This document shows, piece by piece, positions 55,201 to 64,000 of a stretch of DNA of 64,000 nt. Under the pieces are notes generated by a model. The model was not told the DNA's origin and did not search any database. It saw nothing but the letters and a program-made list of their open reading frames with translations. Location of the stretch: contig JBBSQY010000003.1 in assembly GCA_038243585.1 (NCBI GenBank), positions 67,703-131,702 on the forward strand, read 5' to 3'. A program made the translations under genes and the position numbers. Every line of letters begins with the position of its first letter. Position 1 is the stretch's first letter. Source of the DNA: Candidatus Sumerlaeales bacterium (GTDB taxonomy: Bacteria; Sumerlaeota; Sumerlaeia; Sumerlaeales; Sumerlaeaceae).

Positions 55201-56058
55201 ATGAAAATCATTAGGCTGGCAACCACCATAGTGATACTGGCAATAGTTGTAACCGCCTCCGCCCAGCGAAAAGCCCAGTCCGGAATCTTCGGTGCTGGAC
55301 AACCAGGCGAAGTATCAGTCGTTCGCATGGAAGCCAAAAAGCTTGGCCTGAAAAACTTTGAGATGGAGTCACGTCAGCTTGATGGGCGACTTGCTATAGA
55401 TGCGTTTACCGCCAATCTCGGCAGCGGAACCATGCAGGGGAGGGGTCTGATCGACTGGAGCAGACCTGACGAGATGCAGCGCATGACCATTCAGGTTCAA
55501 AACGTGGAAGCAATGACGTTGTTGAACGCTTTCAGCGTGAAACTGGACGCGCAGATCGTCTCTCAGGGCAACGCCGTAATTGAAACCCAGTGGCGAGGCG
55601 TCCGCGGCGCGTTACCACGCCAGACCATGAACGGAACCGTGCGGCTGCAATTGGGTCCAGGTCGGATAACCAACGCTGAAGTCCTTCAAAAGGTTGCTTC
55701 TTATACGGGAATTGCCGAACTTCAACAACTGGAATTTCAGACAGCCAATCTCGAAGGAACAATCCGAGACGGCGTCATGAGTATCACAAAAGCCGAGGTT
55801 AATGGTGCCCACGCGTCGGCTGAGGGGATTGGCATTATGGACCTCCGGACGGAGCAGGTGCGACTTAAATTTGATTGCTACGTAAGCCCTGCCATGCTTC
55901 AACGAAGCAACCTACCGCAGGTACGTGCCCTCGGCACAGCCGCTTCTGTAACCGGCGGCGAAAGCCTGATAAAGATTCCACTCCCAGTAATCATGAGCGG
56001 CCAAATCCGCGATCCAGAGTTTACCCTGACATGGGAAACGGGAAACACAAAAAAGTAA
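55201..56058 (+). CDS. Exported AsmA-like C-terminal domain protein
   Basis: Signal peptide, beta-taco style strands (ANLGSGTMQGRG; MNGTVRLQLGPGRI), and terminal IPLPVIMSGQIRDPEF typical of AsmA C-termini. Confidence 0.65.
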   Translation: MKIIRLATTIVILAIVVTASAQRKAQSGIFGAGQPGEVSVVRMEAKKLGLKNFEMESRQLDGRLAIDAFTANLGSGTMQGRGLIDWSRPDEMQRMTIQVQNVEAMTLLNAFSVKLDAQIVSQGNAVIETQWRGVRGALPRQTMNGTVRLQLGPGRITNAEVLQKVASYTGIAELQQLEFQTANLEGTIRDGVMSITKAEVNGAHASAEGIGIMDLRTEQVRLKFDCYVSPAMLQRSNLPQVRALGTAASVTGGESLIKIPLPVIMSGQIRDPEFTLTWETGNTKK

Positions 56059-56089
56059 ACAAGCAAGGCGGGCCGCTGGAACACTTGAA

Positions 56090-56112
56090 GTAGCATAGGC
56101 GTCCCGCCTGTG
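56090..56112. repeat. GTAG-type REP palindrome (family 1)
   Basis: GTAG followed by CATAGGCG-TCC-CGCCTGTG hairpin just after a stop codon. Confidence 0.55.
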
Positions 56113-56234
56113 TAAAGTTCGTTTTTTTCTCCCATCGGGAGTTCAGAGGGCAGCCAGGGGTCAGGGGCGAAGAGACATAGCCCCCAGTATAGCATAGATT
56201 ATCGCGCCCCGAAGGGATGCCAGAGGAACCAAAT

Positions 56235-56957
56235 ATGTCAGTCAAAATCACCGTAACCCAAACTATAAATTTAACCCTCTATTACGTAACGCTATGCGCA
56301 ATAACGCTTCTACTGCTCCCATCCAAAGGGGAAGCGCAAACACGCTCCACCTCTAAATCAAAAACCACAAAAGACCAAGCCAGCCAATCCACTAAAAGCA
56401 ACACCAATCCAAAATCAAACACATCCAGCCATCAACCAACAGAAGCAGACAATCCGATTAACGCTCAGTCCTTTAACGAGTCACTCCTCTCGCGCCTGGT
56501 TTTCGACTTGACCAATATCGAACGCCGCCGCGCCGGGCTGTCCGAGTTCAAGAACAACCAGTACCTTCATGAGTCGGCCACCGGCCACAGCAGAGATATG
56601 GCGGCGCGGAACTACTTCGAACACAAATCCAAAGGGTTCTTCAAAGGCACTGCTCCCCGCGACCGCATAGAAGCCACGGGCTACGCGCCGTCCATGAGCG
56701 CAGAAAACATCGCCATGATTCCAATAGTAAACAGCCAGAGGGTTCAATCCTACCCCGGCCGGCCCCCGCAGATAATCGAAATGGACGTTAACTCCTACAA
56801 CCGAATGGCAGTCTACTCCGTAACGCAATGGATGGAAAGTCCGGGCCACCGTAAAAATATCCTGAACCCGGCACTGAAAGACATGGGCGTCGGTGTGGCA
56901 GTCGGAATGAAAGACACCGTAGCATACGTCTACCTGACTCAGAATTTTGGCGGGTAA
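56235..56957 (+). CDS. CAP/SCP domain exported protein
   Basis: TNIERRRAGL, HSRDMAARNYFEH, AENIA, WMESPGHRKNIL, MGVGV. GAGG before the ATG at 56235. Confidence 0.9.
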   Translation: MSVKITVTQTINLTLYYVTLCAITLLLLPSKGEAQTRSTSKSKTTKDQASQSTKSNTNPKSNTSSHQPTEADNPINAQSFNESLLSRLVFDLTNIERRRAGLSEFKNNQYLHESATGHSRDMAARNYFEHKSKGFFKGTAPRDRIEATGYAPSMSAENIAMIPIVNSQRVQSYPGRPPQIIEMDVNSYNRMAVYSVTQWMESPGHRKNILNPALKDMGVGVAVGMKDTVAYVYLTQNFGG

Positions 56958-56976
56958 GATACTTGCCCCTACTAGG

Positions 56977-57088
56977 GTAGGGACGGCTCGCCGAGCCGTC
57001 CGCCGCAGAGGACCCAAGGTAGGGAAGGCTCGCCGAGCCGTCCGCCACAAAGAGAAATCTAGAGTTTACAAGGCTCGCCGAGCTGTCC
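56977..57088. repeat. Three tandem GTAG-type REP palindromes (family 2)
   Basis: GTAGGGACGGCTCGCCGAGCCGTCC (56977-57001), GTAGGGAAGGCTCGCCGAGCCGTCC (57019-57043) and a degenerate AGGCTCGCCGAGCTGTCC ending at 57088. Confidence 0.8.
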
Positions 57089-57220
57089 GCAGCTATATTA
57101 TTCCCACTTGCACCCTTGCCATGACAATTTTCTCCGCCTTGTCGGTATGTGAATTTCTTAAGACCTGAGCGCACTCAGCTGAGGCAAAATATTTTATAAC
57201 TAAAGATCGGGTTTAGCATC

Positions 57221-58729
57221 ATGGCGCTTACCATGGATACCATCGTATCCCTCTGCAAAAGACGAGGAATCATCTTCCAGTCTAGTGAGATTTACGGCGG
57301 ACTTGGCAGCACGTGGGACTACGGCCCTCTTGGCGTTGAGCTTAAGCGTAACGTGCAAGACGCCTGGTGGCGCGCAATGGTATATGAGCGCGACGACATG
57401 GAGGGGCTGGACGCCGCCATTCTCATGGCCCCACAGGTCTGGGTTGCCAGCGGCCATGTGTCCAACTTCAGCGATCCCCTCGTAGACTGCAAAGGTTGCA
57501 AACGTCGCTTTCGCGAGGATCATCTACCCCAATATTTCGGAATCAAACTTGTTCACGAGGGCGACGACGCTGAAGAACTCGTCGTTCCATCCAGTGGCGA
57601 TGACGTGGACGCCGTCAAAAAGAAAGTCCGCCAAGGCAAAGAGTGGAGCTCAAAGCCCAAAGGATACTGGACCCTGGCTGAAGAAACCGTATGCGTCAAA
57701 CCGTTCTGCCCCGACTGCGGCGGCGAATTGACAGAACCGCGCCAGTTCAACCTCATGTTTGAGACCCACCTCGGCCCAGTTAAAGACAGCGCGTCCGTCA
57801 CCTACCTTCGCCCCGAAACCGCCCAGGGCATCTTCGTCAATTTTGCAAACGTCCAGACCACCATGCGCCGCAAACTGCCCTTTGGCATAGCTCAAATGGG
57901 CAAAAGTTTCCGCAACGAAATTACCCCCGGCAACTTCATCTTCCGCACCCGCGAATTCGAACAGATGGAAATGGAATTTTTCTGCAAACCCCCCGAGATG
58001 TGTGCCCCCGGCGAGTGGGACGACATGCAGTGGTGGGAGCACTGGAAGCAGGAACGGTTCAACTGGTACCTGCGCTACGGCATCCGCGAAGAAAAGCTCC
58101 GCATGCGCGACCACGCTGCAGACGAAATGGCCCACTACGCAAAGGGCTGTGTGGACATCGAATATGAGTTTCCCATCGGCTGGAGCGAACTGGAAGGCAT
58201 CGCCAACCGCACCGACTTCGATCTGAAACAGCACATGACCCACAGCGGCAAAGATCTGCGCTATTTCGACCAGGCCCGCAACGAACACTACCTGCCCTAC
58301 GTCATCGAACCCGCCGTGGGAGCGAACCGCGCCTTGTTGGCGTTCCTCTGCGACGCCTATCGCGAAGAAGAAGTCGAAGGCAAGGAAGTCCGCAAGTTCC
58401 TCTCCCTCCATTATGATCTCGCGCCCATCAAATGCGCTGTGTTCCCCCTGCTGAAAAACAAGCCCGAGCTGGTGGAAAAAGCCAAAAAACTGGCCCGCGA
58501 CCTCAAGCCCCATTTCTACACCGTCTACGACGACACCGCCGCAATTGGAAAACTCTACCGCCGCCAGGATGAAATCGGCACCCCCTTCTGCGTGACCGTT
58601 GATATGGACACGCTGGAAGATGGGCAGATCACCTTGCGCAACCGCGACACCATGCAGCAGGAACGGATGCCAATCGAAAAAGTGCAGCAGGTAATTTCAG
58701 AAGCACTGGCCGCCGCGCGGAAGCGGTAA
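57221..58729 (+). CDS. glyQS: Glycine--tRNA ligase (alpha2 type)
   Basis: [70 protein letters not shown]. Confidence 0.97.
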   Translation: MALTMDTIVSLCKRRGIIFQSSEIYGGLGSTWDYGPLGVELKRNVQDAWWRAMVYERDDMEGLDAAILMAPQVWVASGHVSNFSDPLVDCKGCKRRFREDHLPQYFGIKLVHEGDDAEELVVPSSGDDVDAVKKKVRQGKEWSSKPKGYWTLAEETVCVKPFCPDCGGELTEPRQFNLMFETHLGPVKDSASVTYLRPETAQGIFVNFANVQTTMRRKLPFGIAQMGKSFRNEITPGNFIFRTREFEQMEMEFFCKPPEMCAPGEWDDMQWWEHWKQERFNWYLRYGIREEKLRMRDHAADEMAHYAKGCVDIEYEFPIGWSELEGIANRTDFDLKQHMTHSGKDLRYFDQARNEHYLPYVIEPAVGANRALLAFLCDAYREEEVEGKEVRKFLSLHYDLAPIKCAVFPLLKNKPELVEKAKKLARDLKPHFYTVYDDTAAIGKLYRRQDEIGTPFCVTVDMDTLEDGQITLRNRDTMQQERMPIEKVQQVISEALAAARKR

Positions 58730-58767
58730 CCAAATCTGACGCTACCTACACAAGCAATATTGAGCAC

Positions 58768-58792
58768 GTAGGACAGACATTCCTGTCTGTCC
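58768..58792. repeat. GTAG-type REP palindrome (family 3)
   Basis: GTAGGACAGACATTCCTGTCTGTCC with an 8-bp perfect stem, downstream of glyQS. Confidence 0.65.
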
Positions 58793-58879
58793 AAGACGCC
58801 CGAGAAACCTGGAAATAATCAATCTTTATTCAGCTTCGCACAGCATTCCTACCCACCACTAAAGAAGGAAAACTTCCTC

Positions 58880-60322
58880 ATGTTTAACCAGACCTTTGCC
58901 ATCGCAGCGGCGATCATTATTTGCGCTGGTACCGCCGTTGCGGAAACCGCCGAGTTTACCATCAAGGACGATCCGGCGCTGGATAAACTCGTGGCCGACG
59001 TTCGGGCCGATTTCCTGGCGGAGCGCACACAAAACCAGCCTGGTTTTACCCGCCTTGATGTGACGCTGCTGCTGCCGGCGGAGGATGGAACGTGGAGGCG
59101 GGGCAGCTACGGTGGGGACACGCTGCATTATCCGGCGAGCGCTGTGAAGTTGGCCTATATGGCCGCCGCGGCCCACTGGGAACGGGTCAATAATAAGCCC
59201 GTTGGATTTCTTGAGCCCCACGTAGGTCCCATGATTCGACACTCTGATAACGTGGCGACGGGCCGGGTGGTAGACGCCATCACGGAAACGACAAACGTAA
59301 CTGACGCAGGCACCACGGCATCCTACGAACAATGGAAGTCCGCGCGCCTCTACGCCTCGGATTTCCTGTCAAGCCGCGGCCTTCTGGAAAATCAGGTGGT
59401 TCACGTGAAAACCTATCCCACAAACAGCGGCGATGTGCCCGCTGGGTTTGAACAGCGCATGTGGAAAGACACCGGAAGAAACGCCATGCAGACCAATGCC
59501 AATGCGTCGCTTCTACTGGAAATCATAAAAGGAAAACTTGAGTCTCGCAGCACCACCTATATGCGAGGTTTGCTGACCCACGACCGGTTGGGCTCAGACA
59601 GTGTCCTTGGCTTCGGCGTGCCGCCGGGGGCCATCTATGAGAACAAGACCGGACGCGCATTTGACACGCTGGCCGATTTTGCCTACATTAAAATGCCCGG
59701 CAACGATAAGGAAATGATTCTTGCCGTGCTGAGCAATGCTTTCATTGATTCCGAAACGAGTCAACCAACCCCCTATGGCGTCAGCGTTTTGGGCGGCTTC
59801 GCGGAAGCAATAATTGAACGGGCGGGACTGGACGTCGGAGCCCCGCCAAAAGTCAAACGGGACAACAGCGATGCAAGTTACTTTACCACCAGCGGCGATT
59901 GGGCAACCTCCACCTCAGCCCAGGAAAAATTCGGGGACAATTACCTGACGGCATCTGGCGCATCCGACACAACCTCGGCCACGTGGAACCTGGCTGTGCC
60001 GGAGGACGGGCTGTATGAGATCTGCATTCGTTATCCCCAGGGGGCAGACTTGGCCGCCGATGCGCCATTTACCGTGACCCACGCCGACGGCGCGACCACA
60101 TTACGCGTGGATCAACGCACCAAAGGTGGCCGCTGGGTAAAACTCGGAGATTATAACATCAAGGCGGCCAAAGGCCAGGTGAGCCTGTCGACGCCCATTG
60201 CGAACAAAACGCAGTCCATCGCGGCAGACGCAGTAAAGGCCACAAAATGGCCGGACGGAACGGGACAAATCAGCGTAGCCGATGACCGGGTGACAAGCGC
60301 GGCAATTGTGGAACAAGACTAG
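58880..60322 (+). CDS. Exported serine hydrolase (beta-lactamase-like) with C-terminal golvesin/xanthan-lyase-type CBM-like domain
   Basis: Signal peptide, YPASAVK, HSDNVAT, NKTG, then DNSD..F...GDW...ATW...GLYEI...VDQR...GRWVKLG...ADAVK. Confidence 0.82.
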   Translation: MFNQTFAIAAAIIICAGTAVAETAEFTIKDDPALDKLVADVRADFLAERTQNQPGFTRLDVTLLLPAEDGTWRRGSYGGDTLHYPASAVKLAYMAAAAHWERVNNKPVGFLEPHVGPMIRHSDNVATGRVVDAITETTNVTDAGTTASYEQWKSARLYASDFLSSRGLLENQVVHVKTYPTNSGDVPAGFEQRMWKDTGRNAMQTNANASLLLEIIKGKLESRSTTYMRGLLTHDRLGSDSVLGFGVPPGAIYENKTGRAFDTLADFAYIKMPGNDKEMILAVLSNAFIDSETSQPTPYGVSVLGGFAEAIIERAGLDVGAPPKVKRDNSDASYFTTSGDWATSTSAQEKFGDNYLTASGASDTTSATWNLAVPEDGLYEICIRYPQGADLAADAPFTVTHADGATTLRVDQRTKGGRWVKLGDYNIKAAKGQVSLSTPIANKTQSIAADAVKATKWPDGTGQISVADDRVTSAAIVEQD

Positions 60323-60478
60323 ATAAGTCCGTCCTTCGGTTTTGACCACTGCCGTTCGTCGCCAGCTCTGCGTCGCCTCCGTTATCAGTCAAAAATTATT
60401 GAAACTTGACATCCGGCATCGAATTCGCACGAACTCCTTATCAACATAAAAAATGATAAGTAAGTAAGGGAAGTAATA

Positions 60479-61189
60479 ATGAAGCTTTACGATAACGACG
60501 ACTCTTCTCCGACGGTAGAAACTACTAATGAAGGCTCTCCCGTATCCCGGCGTCACTTTTTGCGCAACGCCGTTGTGGGCGGTACCGCAGCCGCAGCTAT
60601 TTCAATGGTGCCGGGAAATGCTGCTGCAAAATCCAAAGCCAAAAAGGATAAAATTGACACCGCAGGCCTTTTCCAATCGATCCTGAAGCATGAAAACGAT
60701 CACGTCAATTTCCTTGTTGCAGCCCTCGGTGCTGCCGGCCGTCCAAAGCCGACCTTTGCCGGTCTCGACCAAAAAAAATATAAAGATTTCGTCCTGCTCG
60801 CTAAAACGTTTGAAAACGTTGGTGTAGGCGCTTATCTTGGCGCGGCTCCATCTATAGAAAGTCCGGACTATTTGGCTGTTGCCGGCTCCATAGCGACAGT
60901 CGAGGCGCGTCATGCGGGTGCCCTGAACTTGTTGGTTGGCGAACCTGTGACCATCGACGACGACAGCTTTGATACCGCCCTGACTCTGACGGATGTAGCA
61001 TTAGCCGTGTCTCCATTTATCGTAAGTCTAAATGGCGGCCCCGCATTTACCTATTCCTTAACCCGCTCCCCGGCTAACGACATCGCCATTCTTAATTTTG
61101 CATTGGCTCTGGAATTTCTGGAAGCGGAATTCTACCAGCTTAACGAGCACTTTTTCAGCAGTAAAAAAGGCAACAAACACAAAGGGTAA
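60479..61189 (+). CDS. Tat-exported ferritin-like (Ferritin_2-type) protein, permuted helix order
   Basis: SRRHFL Tat motif, HENDHV, FENVGVGAYLGAA, VEARHA, and C-terminal DIAILNFALALEFLEAEFY. Confidence 0.85.
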   Translation: MKLYDNDDSSPTVETTNEGSPVSRRHFLRNAVVGGTAAAAISMVPGNAAAKSKAKKDKIDTAGLFQSILKHENDHVNFLVAALGAAGRPKPTFAGLDQKKYKDFVLLAKTFENVGVGAYLGAAPSIESPDYLAVAGSIATVEARHAGALNLLVGEPVTIDDDSFDTALTLTDVALAVSPFIVSLNGGPAFTYSLTRSPANDIAILNFALALEFLEAEFYQLNEHFFSSKKGNKHKG

Positions 61190-61215
61190 CATCCAGCAGA
61201 AATCTGATACTTTAT

Positions 61216-61248
61216 CAATGGCCAGATCCTGACGGGATCTGGCCATTG
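61216..61248. terminator. Probable bidirectional terminator between convergent genes
   Basis: 14-bp perfect inverted repeat CAATGGCCAGATCC / GGATCTGGCCATTG with AT-rich flanks. Confidence 0.75.
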
Positions 61249-61251
61249 TAT

Positions 61252-62466
61252 TTATTTATGCAACGGAGCAGACTGCACTGTCTCAGCGGCAGAAAAGCCG
61301 TGACTCGCAACAATCAGGAGCCCCCCGCCGGCGCAAAGCAGCATCGTTAAGGCCATCGGTACCGCTGATCCATTTGCAAGGACGCTAATCGCGCCCGAGG
61401 CCAGCGCAGCAAGCAGCATCTGGATGCTGCCAATAAGAGCCGATGCGCTTCCGGCGAATTTACTAAAGGGCTGTAAAGCCAGCGCCGTAGTGTTTGGAAT
61501 TAATGGGCCCAACGCCATCATGAAAAAGAATATCAGCACACCAAAGACGGCGACACTGTTAACATGAGCAATGCTGGCCAGCGTCAGGCCCAAAGCCATG
61601 AACGTAGCGAAGGTGCCGGCGATCATAATCAGCCGATGTGGAGAGACATACTGAAGCACAAACCGATTGATCTGCGCCCCTGCGATAAATCCCATCGCGT
61701 TCAGTCCAAACACCCAGGCGAAGTGGGTTCCAGATAATTCAAGAACGGCCATGAACAGCAGGGGAGCGCCGCTGATATAAGCGAACAGGCCGGCCATGCT
61801 GAGGCCGCCCGCTACTGTGTAAACGGCGAAATCCCGGTTCCGTGACACGATCCGGTAGTCACGAACGACAGAGCTGGGTTTTAGAGAAACCGTGGGGTCG
61901 GGGGCGCGACTTTCTGGCAGCAGGTAATAAACCGCAATCAGCAATCCAACGCTAAAAAGTGCAAGAGCGATAAAAATAGAGCGCCAACCAAAATGCGCCG
62001 CGAAAAAACTGCCTGCGGTTGGGGCCAGAATGGGGGCCGCACCCATCACCAGCATCAGTGTGGAAAACACCTTTGCGATTTCATGAGGAGGATAAAGATC
62101 TCGTATGATGGCGCGACTGGCCACCATGCCGACACACCCGCCAAGCGCGAGCAGAAACCGGAGGCCAACCAGCCAATAAAGCCCCGGTGCCAAGCCACAG
62201 CCGATCGATGCGGCGGTGAAGCAAATCAATCCAATTATAAGAGGCGTCCGGCGACCAAAACGGTCAATCAACGGACCGCATAGGATTTGCCCCACACATA
62301 TCCCGATAAAATAGCTGGTAAGGGAAAGGCCGACATGCGCGATATCCGTATTGAAATCAGCCGCGATGTCTTCAAATCCCGGAAGGTACATATCAATAGC
62401 AAAGGGTCCCAGCGCGGCAAGCGCCCCAAGGATAAGCATAAGTTGTAAATGTTGACGAGCTTCCAT
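61252..62466 (-). CDS. Bcr/CflA family multidrug MFS transporter
   Basis: ALGPFAIDMYLPG, GPLIDRFGRR, RAIIRDLY, APILAP, GWRSIF, LPES. About 12 TM. Confidence 0.92.
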   Translation of the reverse strand: MEARQHLQLMLILGALAALGPFAIDMYLPGFEDIAADFNTDIAHVGLSLTSYFIGICVGQILCGPLIDRFGRRTPLIIGLICFTAASIGCGLAPGLYWLVGLRFLLALGGCVGMVASRAIIRDLYPPHEIAKVFSTLMLVMGAAPILAPTAGSFFAAHFGWRSIFIALALFSVGLLIAVYYLLPESRAPDPTVSLKPSSVVRDYRIVSRNRDFAVYTVAGGLSMAGLFAYISGAPLLFMAVLELSGTHFAWVFGLNAMGFIAGAQINRFVLQYVSPHRLIMIAGTFATFMALGLTLASIAHVNSVAVFGVLIFFFMMALGPLIPNTTALALQPFSKFAGSASALIGSIQMLLAALASGAISVLANGSAVPMALTMLLCAGGGLLIVASHGFSAAETVQSAPLHK

Positions 62467-62700
62467 AGTCGGTTTGTACTGAACAGTAAGCTTCTTAACT
62501 AATTCAGTGCGCTAAAGGTTATTGTCTTGCTGCCAACAAAATGTGTTCCATCCCAAACGCCCCCCCCTGGGCCTACCATTTAAAAGCGCCGAAGGTGCAA
62601 TTCTATAATGCGAAGCATCAAGATCTTCTTACCAGTAGAGCACCGCCCTTGTCATTGGTCAAATCTAACATGGTTGTAAATTCCTTGCATATTTCCATAA

Positions 62701-62885
62701 AGGACCGAAGGTTCGACTGCATACCAGCCTGGGTCGGAGGCCCAGGTGGTGATCCAAATTATTTCAGGGCTGAAAGCCCGGTGCATAGCGGGAAGAAACC
62801 GGATACATAGATAGCAGCCTAGAGGAACTTAAGTGTCAGAGATTGGGGTTTACTTAAGGTCGAATGTTTCGAGCCTTCAGCCCTG
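62701..62885. repeat. Structured intergenic element (REP/MITE-like)
   Basis: AGGACCGAAGGTTCG, CCTGGGTCGGAGGCCCAGG hairpin, CAGGGCTGAAAGCCCG, and a distal inverted partner CGAGCCTTCAGCCCTG. Confidence 0.45.
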
Positions 62886-63047
62886 CAATGAAACAGTAAC
62901 ATCGTAGCCGTAACCGTTCCCGCATTTTGCTGAGCTGCGCCCAGATATTGTTCCAACTTACAATAAATGTTGACACCGAGGCAACGCTACCGCAGCCCAT
63001 TGATCTGCCACTAAAAAGAAGATCCTTTAATACCGTCAGGAATAGAA

Positions 63048-63782
63048 TTGAACGCTGCTTTTGAGGATGTCGGTCAGCTAAACGCGGAAAGCTTGGTGCG
63101 AGTTTCTCGTTCCCTCACTGGCCTGCACGGTAAAGGCCACTGCATGGAAGAAGTGGCCGATTCGCTGGCCAACCATTTCTACGAATTATTTCGGGCCACG
63201 CCCGACGCACCCTCCCAGTGCTCACTGGTTCGGCTGTTTAAAACCTGTGCTGTGGATGAACTGCCCCAGGATATGCGCCCAATAATTCCTGAGGATGACG
63301 ACCTTGAACACGAGTTGCGTTGTCTGGTTTTGCTTGGAAGCCGGGGCGATCACCCGGATTGGAACTCTCGCCACGATTCAACAAATCATAAAGTCATTTC
63401 CCTTCAGAGCGTCGATGTCGTCGAACAAACCCCAATGATCTCAAACCTGATTCGGATGCTCGGCCTCAATTTGCACGATATAGTAAAACCCAACCCAGAG
63501 CTAAGCGTCGCCGGATATTATCCCCTCAGCGTCTTTTATGTCGAGGATGCTCTGGAAAGTCCATACATTCCCAGCAAGACGAATTTCGTCATCCCTCACG
63601 GCATCAAAAGCGTGGTCGGTTTCGGAGGGTTGCTCACCTACAGCGATATGTTTACCATAGTCCTCTTTTTTAATGTGCCCGTCAGCCGCGAAGTTGCCGT
63701 GTTGTTTAAAAATCTGGCAGACCAGGTGCATCAGTTGCTGATGCCGTTCCAAACAGCCATGCAGATTTTTAAACCGGCGTAG
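63048..63782 (+). CDS. Hypothetical protein, stand-alone putative sensory (GAF-like) domain
   Basis: 244-aa ORF with MEEVA..., LVRLFKT, WNSR, PMISNLI, SPYIP...FVIPHGIKSVVGFGG. I recall this motif set from N-termini of some histidine kinases. Confidence 0.65.
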   Translation: MNAAFEDVGQLNAESLVRVSRSLTGLHGKGHCMEEVADSLANHFYELFRATPDAPSQCSLVRLFKTCAVDELPQDMRPIIPEDDDLEHELRCLVLLGSRGDHPDWNSRHDSTNHKVISLQSVDVVEQTPMISNLIRMLGLNLHDIVKPNPELSVAGYYPLSVFYVEDALESPYIPSKTNFVIPHGIKSVVGFGGLLTYSDMFTIVLFFNVPVSREVAVLFKNLADQVHQLLMPFQTAMQIFKPA

Positions 63783-63904
63783 TCCTCGAGCGTCTGCGGC
63801 TACGATATAAACGTACTTGATTTTTTTAAGGCAATGAATAGGCTCACCGGCGCTGTTGCCAATTAAATCGAACTATATCAAGGTCACAACCAAGGAGACA
63901 CACA

Positions 63905-64000
63905 ATGGCAACCGTTCGTAAATCCCACACCGTCTGGTCCGGCGATCTGAAATCCGGCTCAGGCGAAGTCACCTTCGACAGCTCCGGCATCGGCACCCAC
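63905..64000 (+). CDS. osmC: OsmC family peroxiredoxin (5' fragment)
   Basis: AAGGAG then ATG. Translates as MATVRKSHTVWSGDLKSGSGEVTFDSSGIGTH, matching the OsmC N-terminus. Truncated by the window end. Confidence 0.8.
   Translation, partial: MATVRKSHTVWSGDLKSGSGEVTFDSSGIGTH

Noticed and set aside
56977..57088. Possible mini CRISPR array (three palindromic direct repeats)
   Set aside because: Spacers are only about 17-20 nt, repeats begin with GTAG and decay, and there are no cas genes. This fits REP elements better.
57221..58729. glyQS as horizontally acquired because of C-rich codon usage and a long zinc-finger insertion
   Set aside because: The codon bias is compatible with high expression, insertion 1 of alpha2 GlyRS is known to vary in length, and there are no mobility signatures.
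62541..62810. 89-aa ORF in the bcr upstream region
   Set aside because: No RBS or recognisable motif, and it runs through the repeat-like element.

Overview
A gene-dense bacterial chromosomal segment with about 47 CDS. I found no rRNA, tRNA, CRISPR array, transposase or prophage. The envelope genes (D-Ala-D-Ala ligase, SPOR protein, AsmA-like protein, Sec/Tat/lipoprotein signals) point to a peptidoglycan-containing, probably diderm organism. Protein style (Thr-rich patches, a C-terminal 'SAIAAWTLY' tail) reminds me of Candidatus Sumerlaeota/BRC1, but that placement is an unverified inference. Left to right: a partial aldehyde dehydrogenase; yqeY, a TonB-like hypothetical, nfeD and an AI-2E transporter; htrA; a complete moxR-DUF58-bat(A,B/C,D,E) operon with an inserted TPR-parvulin gene; a degenerate zinc-peptidase-like membrane protein; ftsK; a 2949-aa TPR solenoid with an N-terminal DnaG-type CHC2 zinc finger, encoded directly downstream of a SPOR-SPOR-TPR-TM-acidic-jelly-roll protein; a serine hydrolase; amtB-glnK; a eukaryote-type UDP-galactopyranose mutase; acpP-fabF; a PilHI-like ABC operon with a His-rich TPR protein and an orphan wzt; pyrE; a sugar permease; a TPR protein; DUF202; ddl; a kexin-like protease; hemB; a shortened holA; AsmA-like and CAP proteins; glyQS; a second serine hydrolase; a circularly permuted Tat-exported ferritin-like protein; a Bcr/CflA MFS transporter; a stand-alone sensor-like domain; and the start of osmC. 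Several GTAG-type REP palindromes are present. The best candidate for an undescribed system is the SPOR-landmark / giant zinc-finger-TPR gene pair facing ftsK (19-33 kb). All family assignments come from motif recognition by eye, not from database searches.
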